This document shows, piece by piece, positions 38,747-49,082 of a DNA stretch of 64,000 bases. The notes under the pieces are model-generated. The model searched no databases, was not told the DNA's origin, and saw only the letters and a list, made by a program, of their open reading frames with translations. Every line of letters begins with the position of its first letter. Position 1 is the stretch's first letter. The stretch lies in contig JBGSVZ010000098.1 in assembly GCA_041752695.1 (NCBI GenBank), positions 23,290 to 87,289 on the forward strand, given 5' to 3'. A program made the translations under genes and the position numbers. This DNA is from Terrimicrobiaceae bacterium. Lineage in GTDB: Bacteria > Verrucomicrobiota > Verrucomicrobiia > Chthoniobacterales > Terrimicrobiaceae.

Positions 38747-39303
38747 GGCTGGCCGCAAAATTTGAACAAAAACAGCGAGGTCGTCTTGTCCCGGGAAAAG
38801 TAAAACCGCAGGGCACCGTCGTGCCCCGGGGTGTCGGCGGGCACGGCGCAACTGGCGCGGCGGGAGTGAATCTGGTGGATGCCGAAACGGTTTTTGTTGC
38901 GGTAAGGAGCGCCCCAGACCTCAAGAAGGTTGGCGCGTTTGGTGGTTTCGACGAGGATTTCCTCCAGTTCGCGTCTTTCGTGGGACTCGAAAACCATGGC
39001 GTGTTCCCGCTCGAGGTCCTCGTAGTCGAAAGGCCCTGCCGCTTCGATGCCGCGCCGCGGGAGCGTTTCCCACGTTCCTTGGATGGTGCCGAGGCGGATG
39101 CGGGGATCGAAGCCTGCTTCGCGATTGCGTTTGGAAAGCGTGTTGATCGAGACAAGCGGACGGACGGATCCGGCATTCATCGTGATCCACACGTGGTCCA
39201 CGTAGTTGGGGTTCGGGTGATCCTCAACCTGCACCTGCAACTCTCCGCCGACCGCGTGGACAAACGGCGCCCGAAAGGGATCCGAGGCCAGATAACCTGC
39301 CAC
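38743..39303 (-). CDS. Hypothetical protein, weakly DUF2278/YukJ-like
   Basis: Fits the operon; GIHQIHS, DGAL.F.F and LFKFCGQ resemble DUF2278 motifs. Confidence 0.55.
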   Translation of the reverse strand: MAGYLASDPFRAPFVHAVGGELQVQVEDHPNPNYVDHVWITMNAGSVRPLVSINTLSKRNREAGFDPRIRLGTIQGTWETLPRRGIEAAGPFDYEDLEREHAMVFESHERRELEEILVETTKRANLLEVWGAPYRNKNRFGIHQIHSRRASCAVPADTPGHDGALRFYFSRDKTTSLFLFKFCGQP

Positions 39304-39323
39304 GCGAGCGGGATCTGCGGCCG

Positions 39324-39836
39324 TTAGTTGAACGAGAACGGGCTGTAAAGCGACTCCTCGTAGCCGGAGTCGTAGAAGTCGTCGACCATCGGCTGATTGT
39401 AGGCAAAGGGCTGCTGATTTTGATAACCCGGGGTGTTATAATACGCCCTCTTTTGCTCGCCCTTCAGACGTTCGGTCTGGGCGGGGGAATTGTGACCATA
39501 AAACCCCTGAGATTCGGTGAGGTAGTTCAAAACCTGCGGAGTTGCCCCGGCGGCCTTCAGGGATTCGAGCTGGCCGTAGCTGAAGTTGTAAACCTTGCGC
39601 GTGCTGTTGAGGTACCCGACGATCACATTGGAGGGAACGTCCTTCTGCACCAGTCCGAGGATGTCGCTGTAGCCGAGAACCTGTCCGGAGTTCATCTTGG
39701 CCGTGGTTCCCGGATCCACGCCTTTCGAGGACAAGGTGGACGAGACGGCGGGATCGACCTGTTGGGTGGAAGCGCAGGCAGCCAGGAAAACGAAGGGGAC
39801 GGAGAGGATGGCAGGCCGAAGGAAACGAGCGATCAT
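39324..39836 (-). CDS. Hypothetical lipoprotein
   Basis: Lipobox FLAAC after a hydrophobic stretch from ATG 39836; DI..L...V...VI and LKAAG...VL.Y helical motif. Confidence 0.75.
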   Translation of the reverse strand: MIARFLRPAILSVPFVFLAACASTQQVDPAVSSTLSSKGVDPGTTAKMNSGQVLGYSDILGLVQKDVPSNVIVGYLNSTRKVYNFSYGQLESLKAAGATPQVLNYLTESQGFYGHNSPAQTERLKGEQKRAYYNTPGYQNQQPFAYNQPMVDDFYDSGYEESLYSPFSFN

Positions 39837-40055
39837 GCGAAACTCATATTCCGCGGGAGCGAGGCTGGCAAACTCTTTCCCGTCAGTCGCCGATGGGGAT
39901 CGCAACGGTTTTCCATCATCAACTTGCCACCCAGCGACACTGGAAACTGTCCATTTGGAAAGGACTTCCATGCGCGCGGGGAAATGATCGCCGCGCCACC
40001 AGTTGCGCGCTGACTATCCCCTTGTCCTCTGTTGGGGGCCGTCTACTCTTCTCCC

Positions 40056-40853
40056 ATGACCTACGCCTTTTTGGGAGCGGGGAAAATGGCCTTCGCACTT
40101 GTTCATGGGATCTTGCGGGCCAAGCTCTGCAGTGCCTCCGATATTGTTGTTTCCAGTCGTTCCCGTTCGGGGCTGGAAAGTCTTGTGGCCGCAACCTCGG
40201 TTCGGGCCGTTGCGTCCAACGCCGACGCAGTGAATGGCGCCGATGTGGTGATTCTTTGCGTGAAGCCGGCCGACGCGCTCAAGGCTCTCTCCGACGCCGG
40301 GGCGAACTGGAAGGGCAAATTGCTCATCTCCGTGGCCACCGGGTTGAAAATTTCCACCCTCCGCGATGCGGCGCCTGGCAGCCGGGTCATCCGTGCCATG
40401 CCGAATACCGCGGCCATGGTGGGAAAAAGCGCCACCGCCATTGCGGCGGGCGATTCCGCCTCCCGAAAAGATCTGGCCGCCACGGAACGAATTTTTCGCG
40501 CCGTGGGTGAGGTTTTTTCCGTCGCGGAAGGTCAACTCGACGCGGTCACGGGTCTGAGTGGCAGTGGGCCCGCTTATATCTACCTTATTATGGAAGCGCT
40601 TTCGGATGGAGGGGTCGCCTGTGGTCTTCCCCGCAAGCTCGCTCTCGATCTAGCCATCCAGACCATCCAGGGCGCGGTCGAAATGGCCGCCTCCACCAAG
40701 GAGCACCCGGCCGTGCTGCGCGATATGGTGACCAGCCCGGGAGGCACGACGATCGCCGGCCTCACCGTTCTCGAAAACGCCGCCGTCCGCGCGGCCTTCA
40801 TCGGTGCCGTCCAGGCCGCCAGCCAGCGTTCCAGGGAACTTTCCGGAGATTGA
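40056..40853 (+). CDS. proC: Pyrroline-5-carboxylate reductase
   Basis: FLGAGKM, CVKP, RAMPNT, TGLSGSGPAY and VTSPGGTT motifs. Confidence 0.97.
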   Translation: MTYAFLGAGKMAFALVHGILRAKLCSASDIVVSSRSRSGLESLVAATSVRAVASNADAVNGADVVILCVKPADALKALSDAGANWKGKLLISVATGLKISTLRDAAPGSRVIRAMPNTAAMVGKSATAIAAGDSASRKDLAATERIFRAVGEVFSVAEGQLDAVTGLSGSGPAYIYLIMEALSDGGVACGLPRKLALDLAIQTIQGAVEMAASTKEHPAVLRDMVTSPGGTTIAGLTVLENAAVRAAFIGAVQAASQRSRELSGD

Positions 40854-40884
40854 CCCTTCCTCTCGGTTATTCCCATTTTCCGTC

Positions 40885-41538
40885 GTGAAGATCCTTCTCG
40901 GTTTGCTCGTGCTGTTCGCCAGTTCTCCCCTGAGAGCCCAGACGAACGATGGCAAATTTATTCCCGAAATTGCCAAGGAGGCTGCGGCCGAGGGGGCGGC
41001 TTCTTTCCAGCGCAAGGACTACGAACGGGCCCGCAAGGCCTATCGCAAGGCCCTCGATCTCGCGCCTGACAATCTCCTCGCCCTCATTAACCTCGGCGTC
41101 ATTGAATTTTACGCGGGCAAAAATGAGGACGCCGAAAAATTGCTCAAGCGGGCCGTCCAGCTCAAGCTCGACACGCCTCCCGCCTGGCTCACGCTGGGGA
41201 TTATTTACATGGAGCAAAATCGTCTCGATGAGGCGCTGGCGGCCCTCACCCAAGCCACGCTGTACGACGCCCGCGATGCCCGCGCCCGCAATTATCTGGG
41301 CGTTGTCGTGGGACGCAAAGGCTGGCTCGATGGCGCTCAGGACGAACTCCGCAAAGCCGTCGAAATCGATCCAGCCTACAGCGACGCGCATTACAACCTG
41401 GCCGTTTTTTACCTCGAAAACAAACCGCCCTCGACCGAACTGGCCCGCCGCCATTATTTCCGCGCAGTCGAGCTGGGAGCGGAGCCCGATCCAGAAATTG
41501 AAAAGACACTGAAGGCCTCCTCCGAGGTCGAGCCCTGA
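40885..41538 (+). CDS. Exported tetratricopeptide repeat protein
   Basis: Signal peptide from GTG 40885; about five TPR units (A..NLG..., AHYNLA). Confidence 0.85.
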   Translation: MKILLGLLVLFASSPLRAQTNDGKFIPEIAKEAAAEGAASFQRKDYERARKAYRKALDLAPDNLLALINLGVIEFYAGKNEDAEKLLKRAVQLKLDTPPAWLTLGIIYMEQNRLDEALAALTQATLYDARDARARNYLGVVVGRKGWLDGAQDELRKAVEIDPAYSDAHYNLAVFYLENKPPSTELARRHYFRAVELGAEPDPEIEKTLKASSEVEP

Positions 41539-41625
41539 GCGAAGATCTCGCCCCGCTTTAGCCGCTTTCCGGCAACGAGTCGTTGCACCCCTCCACGGCC
41601 TGTGTTACCGACACCCAAGCACTTT

Positions 41626-43128
41626 ATGGGCATGTCCGAATCTCATCCCGGTTTGCAGGAACCCATCGCCATGGCGCGGAGTCGGATGCGGCGCCAGCGC
41701 TTGATCGATGCGGCGGGCGTGTTGTTGAGAGGCCTCGCGGGCGTTCTGGCCGTCGTGCTGGCGGTCATCTCGTTTTTTCCCCAGGCGGCTGGCGGTGTCC
41801 TCGTCCTTTTGGCCCTGGCCGGAGTAGCGGTTCTCGGTGGACTGGCCATGGCCTGGCTGCGTCCCATTTCCGACCACCGCGTCGTTCGCGCCGTGGACAC
41901 CCATTTCGGCCTCCCGGATCACACCCTGAGTGCGGCCGAGCTTCCGACTGAGGTTGGCGCGGATTGGCGGCGGTTGCAACACGCCGACACGGCGGCGTGC
42001 CTCGCCGACCTTGACTGGAAGGCCTGCTGGCCGGTCGCCTGGCCGAAATTTTCCGCTGCGGCGGGCGTGGCCGTCCTTCTCCTTTCTGCCCTCGTGGCTT
42101 TTCGCGTCGCCTTCCTTCCCGTGCCCGCTATTGCCGCGGAGGGCACGAACGAAGACGCCGCGGCCATTGAAGAAATTTTGGCCGACTGGGAAAAGACGGC
42201 TGAACTTACCGGGGACCCCGAACTTCGGGAAATTCTCGCGGAACTCCAGCCCCTGCGCGACCAGCTTCCCGGGATGAACGAGCGCGAAATGTTGCTCGCT
42301 CTGAGCAAGCTCGAAAACAAACTCGAAGCCCTCCGCGAGTCCGCGGCGAAGGACTCGATGGAAACCTCTGCCGCCGACATGGCCGCGGCCTTGGAGGACG
42401 TCGAGGGAATGGGCGCGCTGGCCGCCTCTCTTCGCCGTAAGGAACTTGCCGAGGCCGCAAGACTAGCCGAAAAGGAAGCGCAAAAACTCGGAGAGAAAGG
42501 CGCAAAGACGCCCGCCGGCGCCGATAACGCCTCGACCCAACAGCAGATGGCGAGAGCCTCGGAACGACTTTCCCAGTCCGGCCAACCCGAGGCGGCTTCC
42601 GCCATGAATCAGACCCGGGAAGGCGGGCAGAAAAAGGATCCCTCCGAGATGTCCAAAGGCCTGGCGAAACTTGGCCAGAGCCTTGCCAAGGCTGGACAAT
42701 CCCAGGCCGCCCAGGCCCGTCTTGGTCTCCAGCTCGCCCAACTCGGGGAGTGTAAAGCTGGCATGGGACAGAAGCCGGGTGAGGGAATAGGCCTGTCGCT
42801 GCTTCCGAAACTTTCCCAGCAGAAAGGCAAGGGCAAAGGCGCGGGCAGCGAGACGGATCCCGACCGCGAGAAAGCCCCCACGGATCTCGGAGCCGAACGT
42901 TCCCTCGAGGGCCTTACCGGCCAGGCGGGTTCGGGCGATTCGCAGGTCGAAACTCTCGCCTCCGACACCCCTGGGTCCGAAGCCCCTCGCGACGCCCGCA
43001 GCGCGCAATTTGCCCAATACGAAAAACTTTCCCAGCAAGCCATCGAGGACGAAAACCTCCCGCTCGCCTATCGCGAGTCCATCCGCAAATACTTCGAAGC
43101 CATCAAGCCGCCGCCTTCGGCGGAATGA
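41626..43128 (+). CDS. Membrane-anchored coiled-coil protein associated with the MoxR/VWA locus
   Basis: Three N-terminal TM, long Glu/Ala/Gln helical region, Gly-rich linker, C-terminal E.LPLAYRESIRKYFEAI. Confidence 0.75.
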   Translation: MGMSESHPGLQEPIAMARSRMRRQRLIDAAGVLLRGLAGVLAVVLAVISFFPQAAGGVLVLLALAGVAVLGGLAMAWLRPISDHRVVRAVDTHFGLPDHTLSAAELPTEVGADWRRLQHADTAACLADLDWKACWPVAWPKFSAAAGVAVLLLSALVAFRVAFLPVPAIAAEGTNEDAAAIEEILADWEKTAELTGDPELREILAELQPLRDQLPGMNEREMLLALSKLENKLEALRESAAKDSMETSAADMAAALEDVEGMGALAASLRRKELAEAARLAEKEAQKLGEKGAKTPAGADNASTQQQMARASERLSQSGQPEAASAMNQTREGGQKKDPSEMSKGLAKLGQSLAKAGQSQAAQARLGLQLAQLGECKAGMGQKPGEGIGLSLLPKLSQQKGKGKGAGSETDPDREKAPTDLGAERSLEGLTGQAGSGDSQVETLASDTPGSEAPRDARSAQFAQYEKLSQQAIEDENLPLAYRESIRKYFEAIKPPPSAE

Positions 43129-43199
43129 ACGTGACCGTAGTTCTCAACGACTCCGTCCTCACTCTGCCCTCTCACTCAGCCCTTTTCACTCTTTAGCTC

Positions 43200-44213
43200 A
43201 TGTCTGCCAATCCACCGTCCGACGAATTACAATCCCAGCTTCAGGAGTTCCGTGCCTGCTTTGATCAGCTGAAAAACGAAGTCCAGAAAGTTGTCATCGG
43301 CCAGGAGGAGATCATTGAGAAAACGGTCATCGCGATGGTGGCGGGTGGGCATGTTCTGCTCGAAGGTGTTCCCGGTCTCGGCAAAACGCTGCTCGTCCGG
43401 TCGCTGGCCGGAGCGCTGCGCCTGACCTTCCAACGCATTCAGTTCACCCCGGACCTCATGCCGGCCGATCTCATTGGCACAAAGATTCTGGTCGATGACG
43501 GCCACGGACATTCGCGCTTCGAATTCGCCCCCGGGCCGGTTTTTTGCAACCTCCTCCTCGGCGATGAAATCAACCGCGCCACCCCGAAAACCCAATCCGC
43601 CCTGCTCGAGGCCATGCAGGAACAAAGTGTCACCGTCGGCGGGGAAACCCGGCATCTCAAAAAACCCTTCTTCGTTCTCGCCACCCAAAACCCTCTGGAG
43701 ATGGAAGGCACCTATCCCTTGCCCGAGGCCCAGCTCGATCGTTTCTTTTTTAAGATCACGGTGAATTACCCGAGCGCTGACGCCTTCGACCGCATTCTCG
43801 ATCTCACCACCGCCCGGGACCTGCCAACGGTGGAACCGGTCTTTGATGGTGCCCGCCTGGTCGAAATGGGCGCCTTGGCCCGCGATGTGCCCGTTGCCCC
43901 GACCATTCGCCAGCGGGTTGTCCGACTTATCATGGCGACCCACCCGGAAACCGATCATGCCATTGATGCGGTGAAACGGTATGTTCGCTACGGGGCGAGT
44001 CCGCGGGCCGGTCAGGCCTGCCTGCTTGCCGCCAAGATTCGCGCCATCCTGCAAGGCCGCTTCCACGTCGCCAGCGAGGACATTCTTGCCGTGGCCCTGC
44101 CCGTGCTCCGCCACCGCGTGATGATGGGCTTCGAAGCCCAGGCGGATGGCGTGTCTTCCGATGCGCTCATCGCCCAAATCTTCGAAGCCGAAAAGAAACA
44201 GTGGACCGAATGA
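43200..44213 (+). CDS. moxR: MoxR-family AAA+ ATPase
   Basis: GHVLLEGVPGLGKT, RIQFTPDLMPAD, DEINRATPKTQSALLEAMQE and TQNPLEMEGTYPLPEAQLDRF motifs. Confidence 0.96.
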   Translation: MSANPPSDELQSQLQEFRACFDQLKNEVQKVVIGQEEIIEKTVIAMVAGGHVLLEGVPGLGKTLLVRSLAGALRLTFQRIQFTPDLMPADLIGTKILVDDGHGHSRFEFAPGPVFCNLLLGDEINRATPKTQSALLEAMQEQSVTVGGETRHLKKPFFVLATQNPLEMEGTYPLPEAQLDRFFFKITVNYPSADAFDRILDLTTARDLPTVEPVFDGARLVEMGALARDVPVAPTIRQRVVRLIMATHPETDHAIDAVKRYVRYGASPRAGQACLLAAKIRAILQGRFHVASEDILAVALPVLRHRVMMGFEAQADGVSSDALIAQIFEAEKKQWTE

Positions 44214-44223
44214 AAAAGACCTC

Positions 44224-44284
44224 GGTAGGGAGGGTTCCCAAACCCTCCATCGAACACGGGGCGGTGGGGACGACGCTCCCTGCC
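44224..44284. repeat. GTAG-type REP doublet (REPIN-like, inverted pair)
   Basis: GGTAGGGAGGGTTCCCAAACCCTCC ... inverse copy reading GGCAGGGAGCGTCGTCCCCACCGCCCC. Confidence 0.6.
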
Positions 44285-44296
44285 AGGTGTTGATTC

Positions 44297-45199
44297 ATGA
44301 CAGCAGCGACCAGCGACGAACTCTTTGACGCGGACTTTCTGGGTCGGCTCGAATCACTCAGCCTCCTCGCCCGCAAAATTCAGCGTGGACGCCAGCGGGC
44401 GGAACGCCGCAGCGTGCAGCGCGGCGCGAGTATTGAGTTCGCGGAATACCGCCCCTTCGTCAACGGGGATGATTTTCGTTTCATCGACTGGAACGCCTTC
44501 GCCCGCTGGCGCACGCTGGTGATGAAACTTTTCATCGAGGAAGAAGACTTGCACGTTCACCTTCTTCTCGACTGCTCTGGCTCCATGCAATGGGGCACGC
44601 CGGTGAAGTTTGACTACGCCCGGCAGATCGTCGCCGGGTTGTCGTACATGGCCCTTTCGAATCTCGACCGCGCGTCCATCTCCCTTCTCGGAGGCACCTC
44701 GCCGACCAACTGGCCGTCGGGTCGCGGCAAACACCGGTTTCTGCAGATACTCCGCTACCTCGAAGCCTGCGCCACCGCGGCGCGCCCGGTGAAGCTGGAG
44801 GACGAAACCCGCGCATGGACCGCCACCCGTCCACGTCGCGGGCTCGTGGTTTGGGTGAGCGATCTCTGGGGCTCCAACTCCGAGGACGCCTTCAAGGCTC
44901 TCGACCGCCTGCGCCACGCCCGGCACGAAGTGGCCATCATTCAGGTGCGCGACGCCGCCGAGTCCGAAGCCGGGGCCCCCGGCGAATACGAACTCGAAGA
45001 TTGCGAAACCGGGGAAGTGCGGCGGGTCATCGTCAGTCCCCAAATGGCCCGCGAATACCGGGAGCGTTTTGAAAAATACCAGACCGACCTCACTGCTTAT
45101 ACCCGACGCCACCAGATCCCGCTTCTCGCCGCCGATACTCGCCTCGACCCTGCCGACCTCCTGCAAAAGGCTCTCGTAGCCGGTGGGTTTGTGAAATAA
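44297..45199 (+). CDS. DUF58 domain protein (VWA-like partner of MoxR)
   Basis: GASIEFAEYRP...GDD.R.IDW, LLDCSGSM and VSDL motifs. Confidence 0.93.
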   Translation: MTAATSDELFDADFLGRLESLSLLARKIQRGRQRAERRSVQRGASIEFAEYRPFVNGDDFRFIDWNAFARWRTLVMKLFIEEEDLHVHLLLDCSGSMQWGTPVKFDYARQIVAGLSYMALSNLDRASISLLGGTSPTNWPSGRGKHRFLQILRYLEACATAARPVKLEDETRAWTATRPRRGLVVWVSDLWGSNSEDAFKALDRLRHARHEVAIIQVRDAAESEAGAPGEYELEDCETGEVRRVIVSPQMAREYRERFEKYQTDLTAYTRRHQIPLLAADTRLDPADLLQKALVAGGFVK

Positions 45200-45247
45200 G
45201 CGCCTCCTTAGATTCGGGGCCGTCTCGCGGCGAGGGCGATTGGGCGC

Positions 45248-48200
45248 CTAAGAGGTCTTTGCGGCACTCACCTTTTGCAAAGCCGCCTGCAGCTTGGCCG
45301 CCTGCAAAGGTTTGCTCAGGTAGCCGTCGAATCCCTCGACCAGCAATCGTGCCTCGTCCCCCTCCAGCGCCTCGGCGGTGAGCGCGATGATGGCGGGAGC
45401 TTTGTTTCCCATCCGGGCGCGAATCGCCCGCATCACTTCCAAACCGTTCATCTCCGGCATTTGCATGTCCATGAGGATGAGGTCGTAGGAGGTTTTTTCC
45501 GCGGCCTCGAAGGCTTGGCGGCCGTCCGCGGCCAGGTCGGCCGAATACCCCAGGCGGGAGAGGATCAACCCGACGACTTTCTGATTTGTGACGTTGTCTT
45601 CGGCGAGGAGGATTTTCAGAGGATGGCGTTCGCCGGAGGGAAAACGATCATTCGCGATCGGTTCGGATGGTTCCGGCACCATTTCCGCGGACGGGGCTAA
45701 GACGGCTGTGAAGAAAAACGTCGAGCCGGCGCCGGGTGTGCTTTCCACCCACATCTCACCGCCCATAAATCCAGCGAGGCGTTTGCTAATGGTCAGGCCC
45801 AAACCGGTGCCCCCATAACGCCGGGTGGTGGAGCTATCCACTTGCTGAAAGGGTTGGAAGAGGCTTTCCATTTCTTCGGCGGAGATGCCGATTCCGGTGT
45901 CGGTGACGGAAAAAAGCAGATGACAGCCCGTCTCGTCGGATTTCTGGTGGGCGACGTCGACCCGGACCTCACCCTCCGCGGTGAACTTGATGGCGTTGCC
46001 AATCAGGTTGGCCAGAATCTGGCGCAGGCGGAGGGCGTCGCCGACCAGACAGGGTGGAACCTCCGGGGCGAGGGAATAGACCGCCGTGAGTCGTTTCATG
46101 CGGATCTGGGCGGCGAAAAGGTCGAGAGACGCCTTGATGCATTGTTCCAGACGGAAAGGTCTGGCTTCGACCCGCAGCCTGCCGGCCTCCATTTTGGAAT
46201 AGTCGAGAATGTCGTTGAGCACGGCCAGCAGCGACTCACCACTCGTCTGGATAGTCGCCAGGTAGTCTTTCTGGGCGTCGTCGAGCCGGGTCTCCGACAA
46301 CAGGGAGGTCATGCCAATCACGCCCGTCAGAGGGGTGCGGATTTCGTGGCTCATGATGGCGAGAAATTCGCTTTTTGCCCGCTCGGCGACCTGTGCTTTT
46401 TGCGTGAGTTCTTCCTGCCGGATCAGGGCACTCTTGATCTGGCTGATGTCTTCAACTTGGGAGATGAAAGAGAGCGGTCGGTTCTGTTTATCCCGCAAAA
46501 GGGAAACCCCCAGCAGCGCCCAGACCACCCGGCCGTCCCGATGGATATACCGCTTTTCCATTTTGAAAAAATTCACCTCCCCGGCGGTGAGCTTGCGCGT
46601 GTTCTCAAGGTCGTTTGCCAGATCGTCAGGGTGGGTGATGTCCTGAAATGTTTTGCGGGAGAGTTCTTCCGCAGAGTATCCCAGCAGTTCGCAGATTGCC
46701 TGGTTCACCTTGGTCCATCGCCCGTCCAGGGAGACAAGAGCCATCCCGGTGGTTGCATGTTCGAAGGCATTGGAAAATTTTTCTTCGCTGAGTCGCAGCG
46801 CTTCTTCGTTTTCTTTGCGTTCTGTGACGTCAATATTGATGCCGACCACATGTTTTACCTCGTCGGCCTCGTCGAGCAGGACCGTGGCGGCGGTTTGAAT
46901 ATGACGAATCGAGCCATCGGGAAGCCGGACACGGTACTCCGTGGAAAGGGGGGACTTGGTGGTCACCATGTCGCGCACTCCGGAGTCGATTCGGGGAAGG
47001 TCCTCCGGCAGCACGAGCTCCGCCCAAAGGTGATGGGTCACTGGGACACCGTCCGGCACCTGAAAAATCGCGCGAACCTGATCGTCCCAATACACTTCGT
47101 CCGTACGCACATTCCAATCCCACACTCCCGCGTGCAAAGCCTGGGTGGCCAGTTGCAGCCGCTGCGCGTAAATTTGCCTCGTCTCTTCCTCCCTCGCGCG
47201 CGAGGTGATGTCGGCGATCACCCCCAGATAGCCTTTCACCCGGCCGTCGTCATCGGTCAAAGCCGTGACGGAAATCATCACCGGAAACCGGCTGCGATCC
47301 TTCCGAACAAGCGTCCATTCCGTCTCATTGGTGAGTCCGGCGTCGGTGAGCGAGGTGAAAACGCGGAACCCCGGTTCGACCTTGTGTCCCAGCTGGGCGG
47401 AAAGCGCCGCCGCGCGTGCGGCAATTTCCTCCCGATCATGCCACAATGCCGGGGTGACTTTCCCGACAACCTCCGCAGCGCTGTAACCCAGCCAGCGTTC
47501 CGCCGTGGCGTTGAACGATGTGACGACACCGCTTCCCGTGGTGGAGATCATGGCATATTCCGTCGAGTGGAGAATGGCTTCCTGCAGACTGGCCGCCTCC
47601 CGCAGGCGCTGCTCGGCGCGGTGGCGACGGCTGATTTCGCGATGGGCGATGGCGTTCGCCAGGAAAATCAATAACCCCACCAGCGCGCTGCTCAGTACCA
47701 GCAATCGACCGGTATTCCGAAAATGATCTGCGGCGTGTTGGCTTCGGGTATTAGCACGCTCGTGTTCCGTTTGGATGAAGGCATCAAGATTCGTTCGTGC
47801 ATCTTCTGCCAGACGAAATCCCTTGCCCGTGGATTCCGTTTGGATGCTAACATCACGTCCCTGCGCCTCATAAAGCTGGATCAGCGCCTGCGAATATTCG
47901 GCCAGTTGCTGGAAGTCCTCTTCAATCCTTTTCAACCGGGCCAACTGCGCGTGATCGTGACCGATCTGGTCGGAAATTTTCCCCAACTCAGCTTTCGCGC
48001 CAGCGTGTCCCGACCGAGACGTGTCCAGCGCCGTTTTATCACCCGTGACAATATACCCGCGCATCCCGCGCTGTGTATCGAAGAGATGCCCAACGAGAGA
48101 ATGTGCCGATGCGAGGGTTTGATAACTTCGCTGCCGCCAATCCGACGACCGTTTCAATTCCTCGAAACTCCCCGCCATCACCAGAGCAATCATCGCCAGC

Positions 48201-48871
48201 AAGGTGAGTGAGGCCGCGGCCGGAATCCAGTTGCTGAACCGACGGGCCTCGCGCCCCGCCTGCTGCTGCGACCACACCAACAGTGCCGCGCCCTGTACAA
48301 AAAACGCCGCCGCCGTTGGCAGGGACATTCTTGCGTAATACGCACCCCAACCATAGGCCGGACTGATTCCGAGCAGAAACCCGCACAACGCGACCGTCGC
48401 GACCACCATCACCACGCAGGACAGCGCCCCAACAACGCGCGCCCGCCAGGCCAACCGGTCCACCCTCCACGAAATCGCCAGTGCAGCGCCCAGAGCGGCA
48501 AAACAAATCGCCGTGAGCGGTGCCATTCGGACGGAAAACATCGCCGCCTCCTGCGCTTCCGGGATTTCGAGGAGCGGGTTGATTCCGGCACTTCCTCCCA
48601 CCGCATAAAGCCAGACCATGCGGATTCCAAAAATGGCCACCAACCCGCCCAGACCCGCTCCCAAGATCTGGGCCCGTGTTCCCACCAGGGCCAGGGCCAC
48701 CCCGCAAAACACAAACGTCACCGCCGTATCCCTCGGCATCGGCGCATAACCCTGACGCATCTGCGGGAAAGCCGTTCCGAGCGTCGCCCAGCCAACCAGC
48801 ACCGTCACCGCCAGGAAAAACACGGCCGCCCCGGCGAGCAGGGGGATTCGCTGGCGAAGAATCAGAATCAT
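45248..48871 (-). CDS. Hybrid sensor kinase (multi-TM, CHASE3, three PAS, HisKA, HATPase, REC)
   Basis: DTQRGMRGYIVTGD (CHASE3), PAS/PAC motifs, SHEIRTP, GDALRLRQ, GGTGLGL and LMDMQMP. Confidence 0.93.
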   Translation of the reverse strand: MILILRQRIPLLAGAAVFFLAVTVLVGWATLGTAFPQMRQGYAPMPRDTAVTFVFCGVALALVGTRAQILGAGLGGLVAIFGIRMVWLYAVGGSAGINPLLEIPEAQEAAMFSVRMAPLTAICFAALGAALAISWRVDRLAWRARVVGALSCVVMVVATVALCGFLLGISPAYGWGAYYARMSLPTAAAFFVQGAALLVWSQQQAGREARRFSNWIPAAASLTLLAMIALVMAGSFEELKRSSDWRQRSYQTLASAHSLVGHLFDTQRGMRGYIVTGDKTALDTSRSGHAGAKAELGKISDQIGHDHAQLARLKRIEEDFQQLAEYSQALIQLYEAQGRDVSIQTESTGKGFRLAEDARTNLDAFIQTEHERANTRSQHAADHFRNTGRLLVLSSALVGLLIFLANAIAHREISRRHRAEQRLREAASLQEAILHSTEYAMISTTGSGVVTSFNATAERWLGYSAAEVVGKVTPALWHDREEIAARAAALSAQLGHKVEPGFRVFTSLTDAGLTNETEWTLVRKDRSRFPVMISVTALTDDDGRVKGYLGVIADITSRAREEETRQIYAQRLQLATQALHAGVWDWNVRTDEVYWDDQVRAIFQVPDGVPVTHHLWAELVLPEDLPRIDSGVRDMVTTKSPLSTEYRVRLPDGSIRHIQTAATVLLDEADEVKHVVGINIDVTERKENEEALRLSEEKFSNAFEHATTGMALVSLDGRWTKVNQAICELLGYSAEELSRKTFQDITHPDDLANDLENTRKLTAGEVNFFKMEKRYIHRDGRVVWALLGVSLLRDKQNRPLSFISQVEDISQIKSALIRQEELTQKAQVAERAKSEFLAIMSHEIRTPLTGVIGMTSLLSETRLDDAQKDYLATIQTSGESLLAVLNDILDYSKMEAGRLRVEARPFRLEQCIKASLDLFAAQIRMKRLTAVYSLAPEVPPCLVGDALRLRQILANLIGNAIKFTAEGEVRVDVAHQKSDETGCHLLFSVTDTGIGISAEEMESLFQPFQQVDSSTTRRYGGTGLGLTISKRLAGFMGGEMWVESTPGAGSTFFFTAVLAPSAEMVPEPSEPIANDRFPSGERHPLKILLAEDNVTNQKVVGLILSRLGYSADLAADGRQAFEAAEKTSYDLILMDMQMPEMNGLEVMRAIRARMGNKAPAIIALTAEALEGDEARLLVEGFDGYLSKPLQAAKLQAALQKVSAAKTS

Positions 48872-49082
48872 GGTGTTGCGCCCTCGTCGACGCGCCCGCA
48901 CGCTAGCAGGAACCGGAAACCTTGCACTCCCTTTCCTTACGGGCCGACCGCCTTTCTTCACCATTTTTTCGCGGCGAGGTCGCTCTTTTTTTTCGTGCCG
49001 CTGCCCGGCGAATACGTTTTATTTCCCTTCGTTTCTCTCGCTCATGTCCAAAACACCGTTGCTTCTTTAGCTTGCCAAAATC

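Noticed and set aside
45842..47674. 610-aa plus-strand ORF
   Set aside because: Antisense shadow of the hybrid kinase
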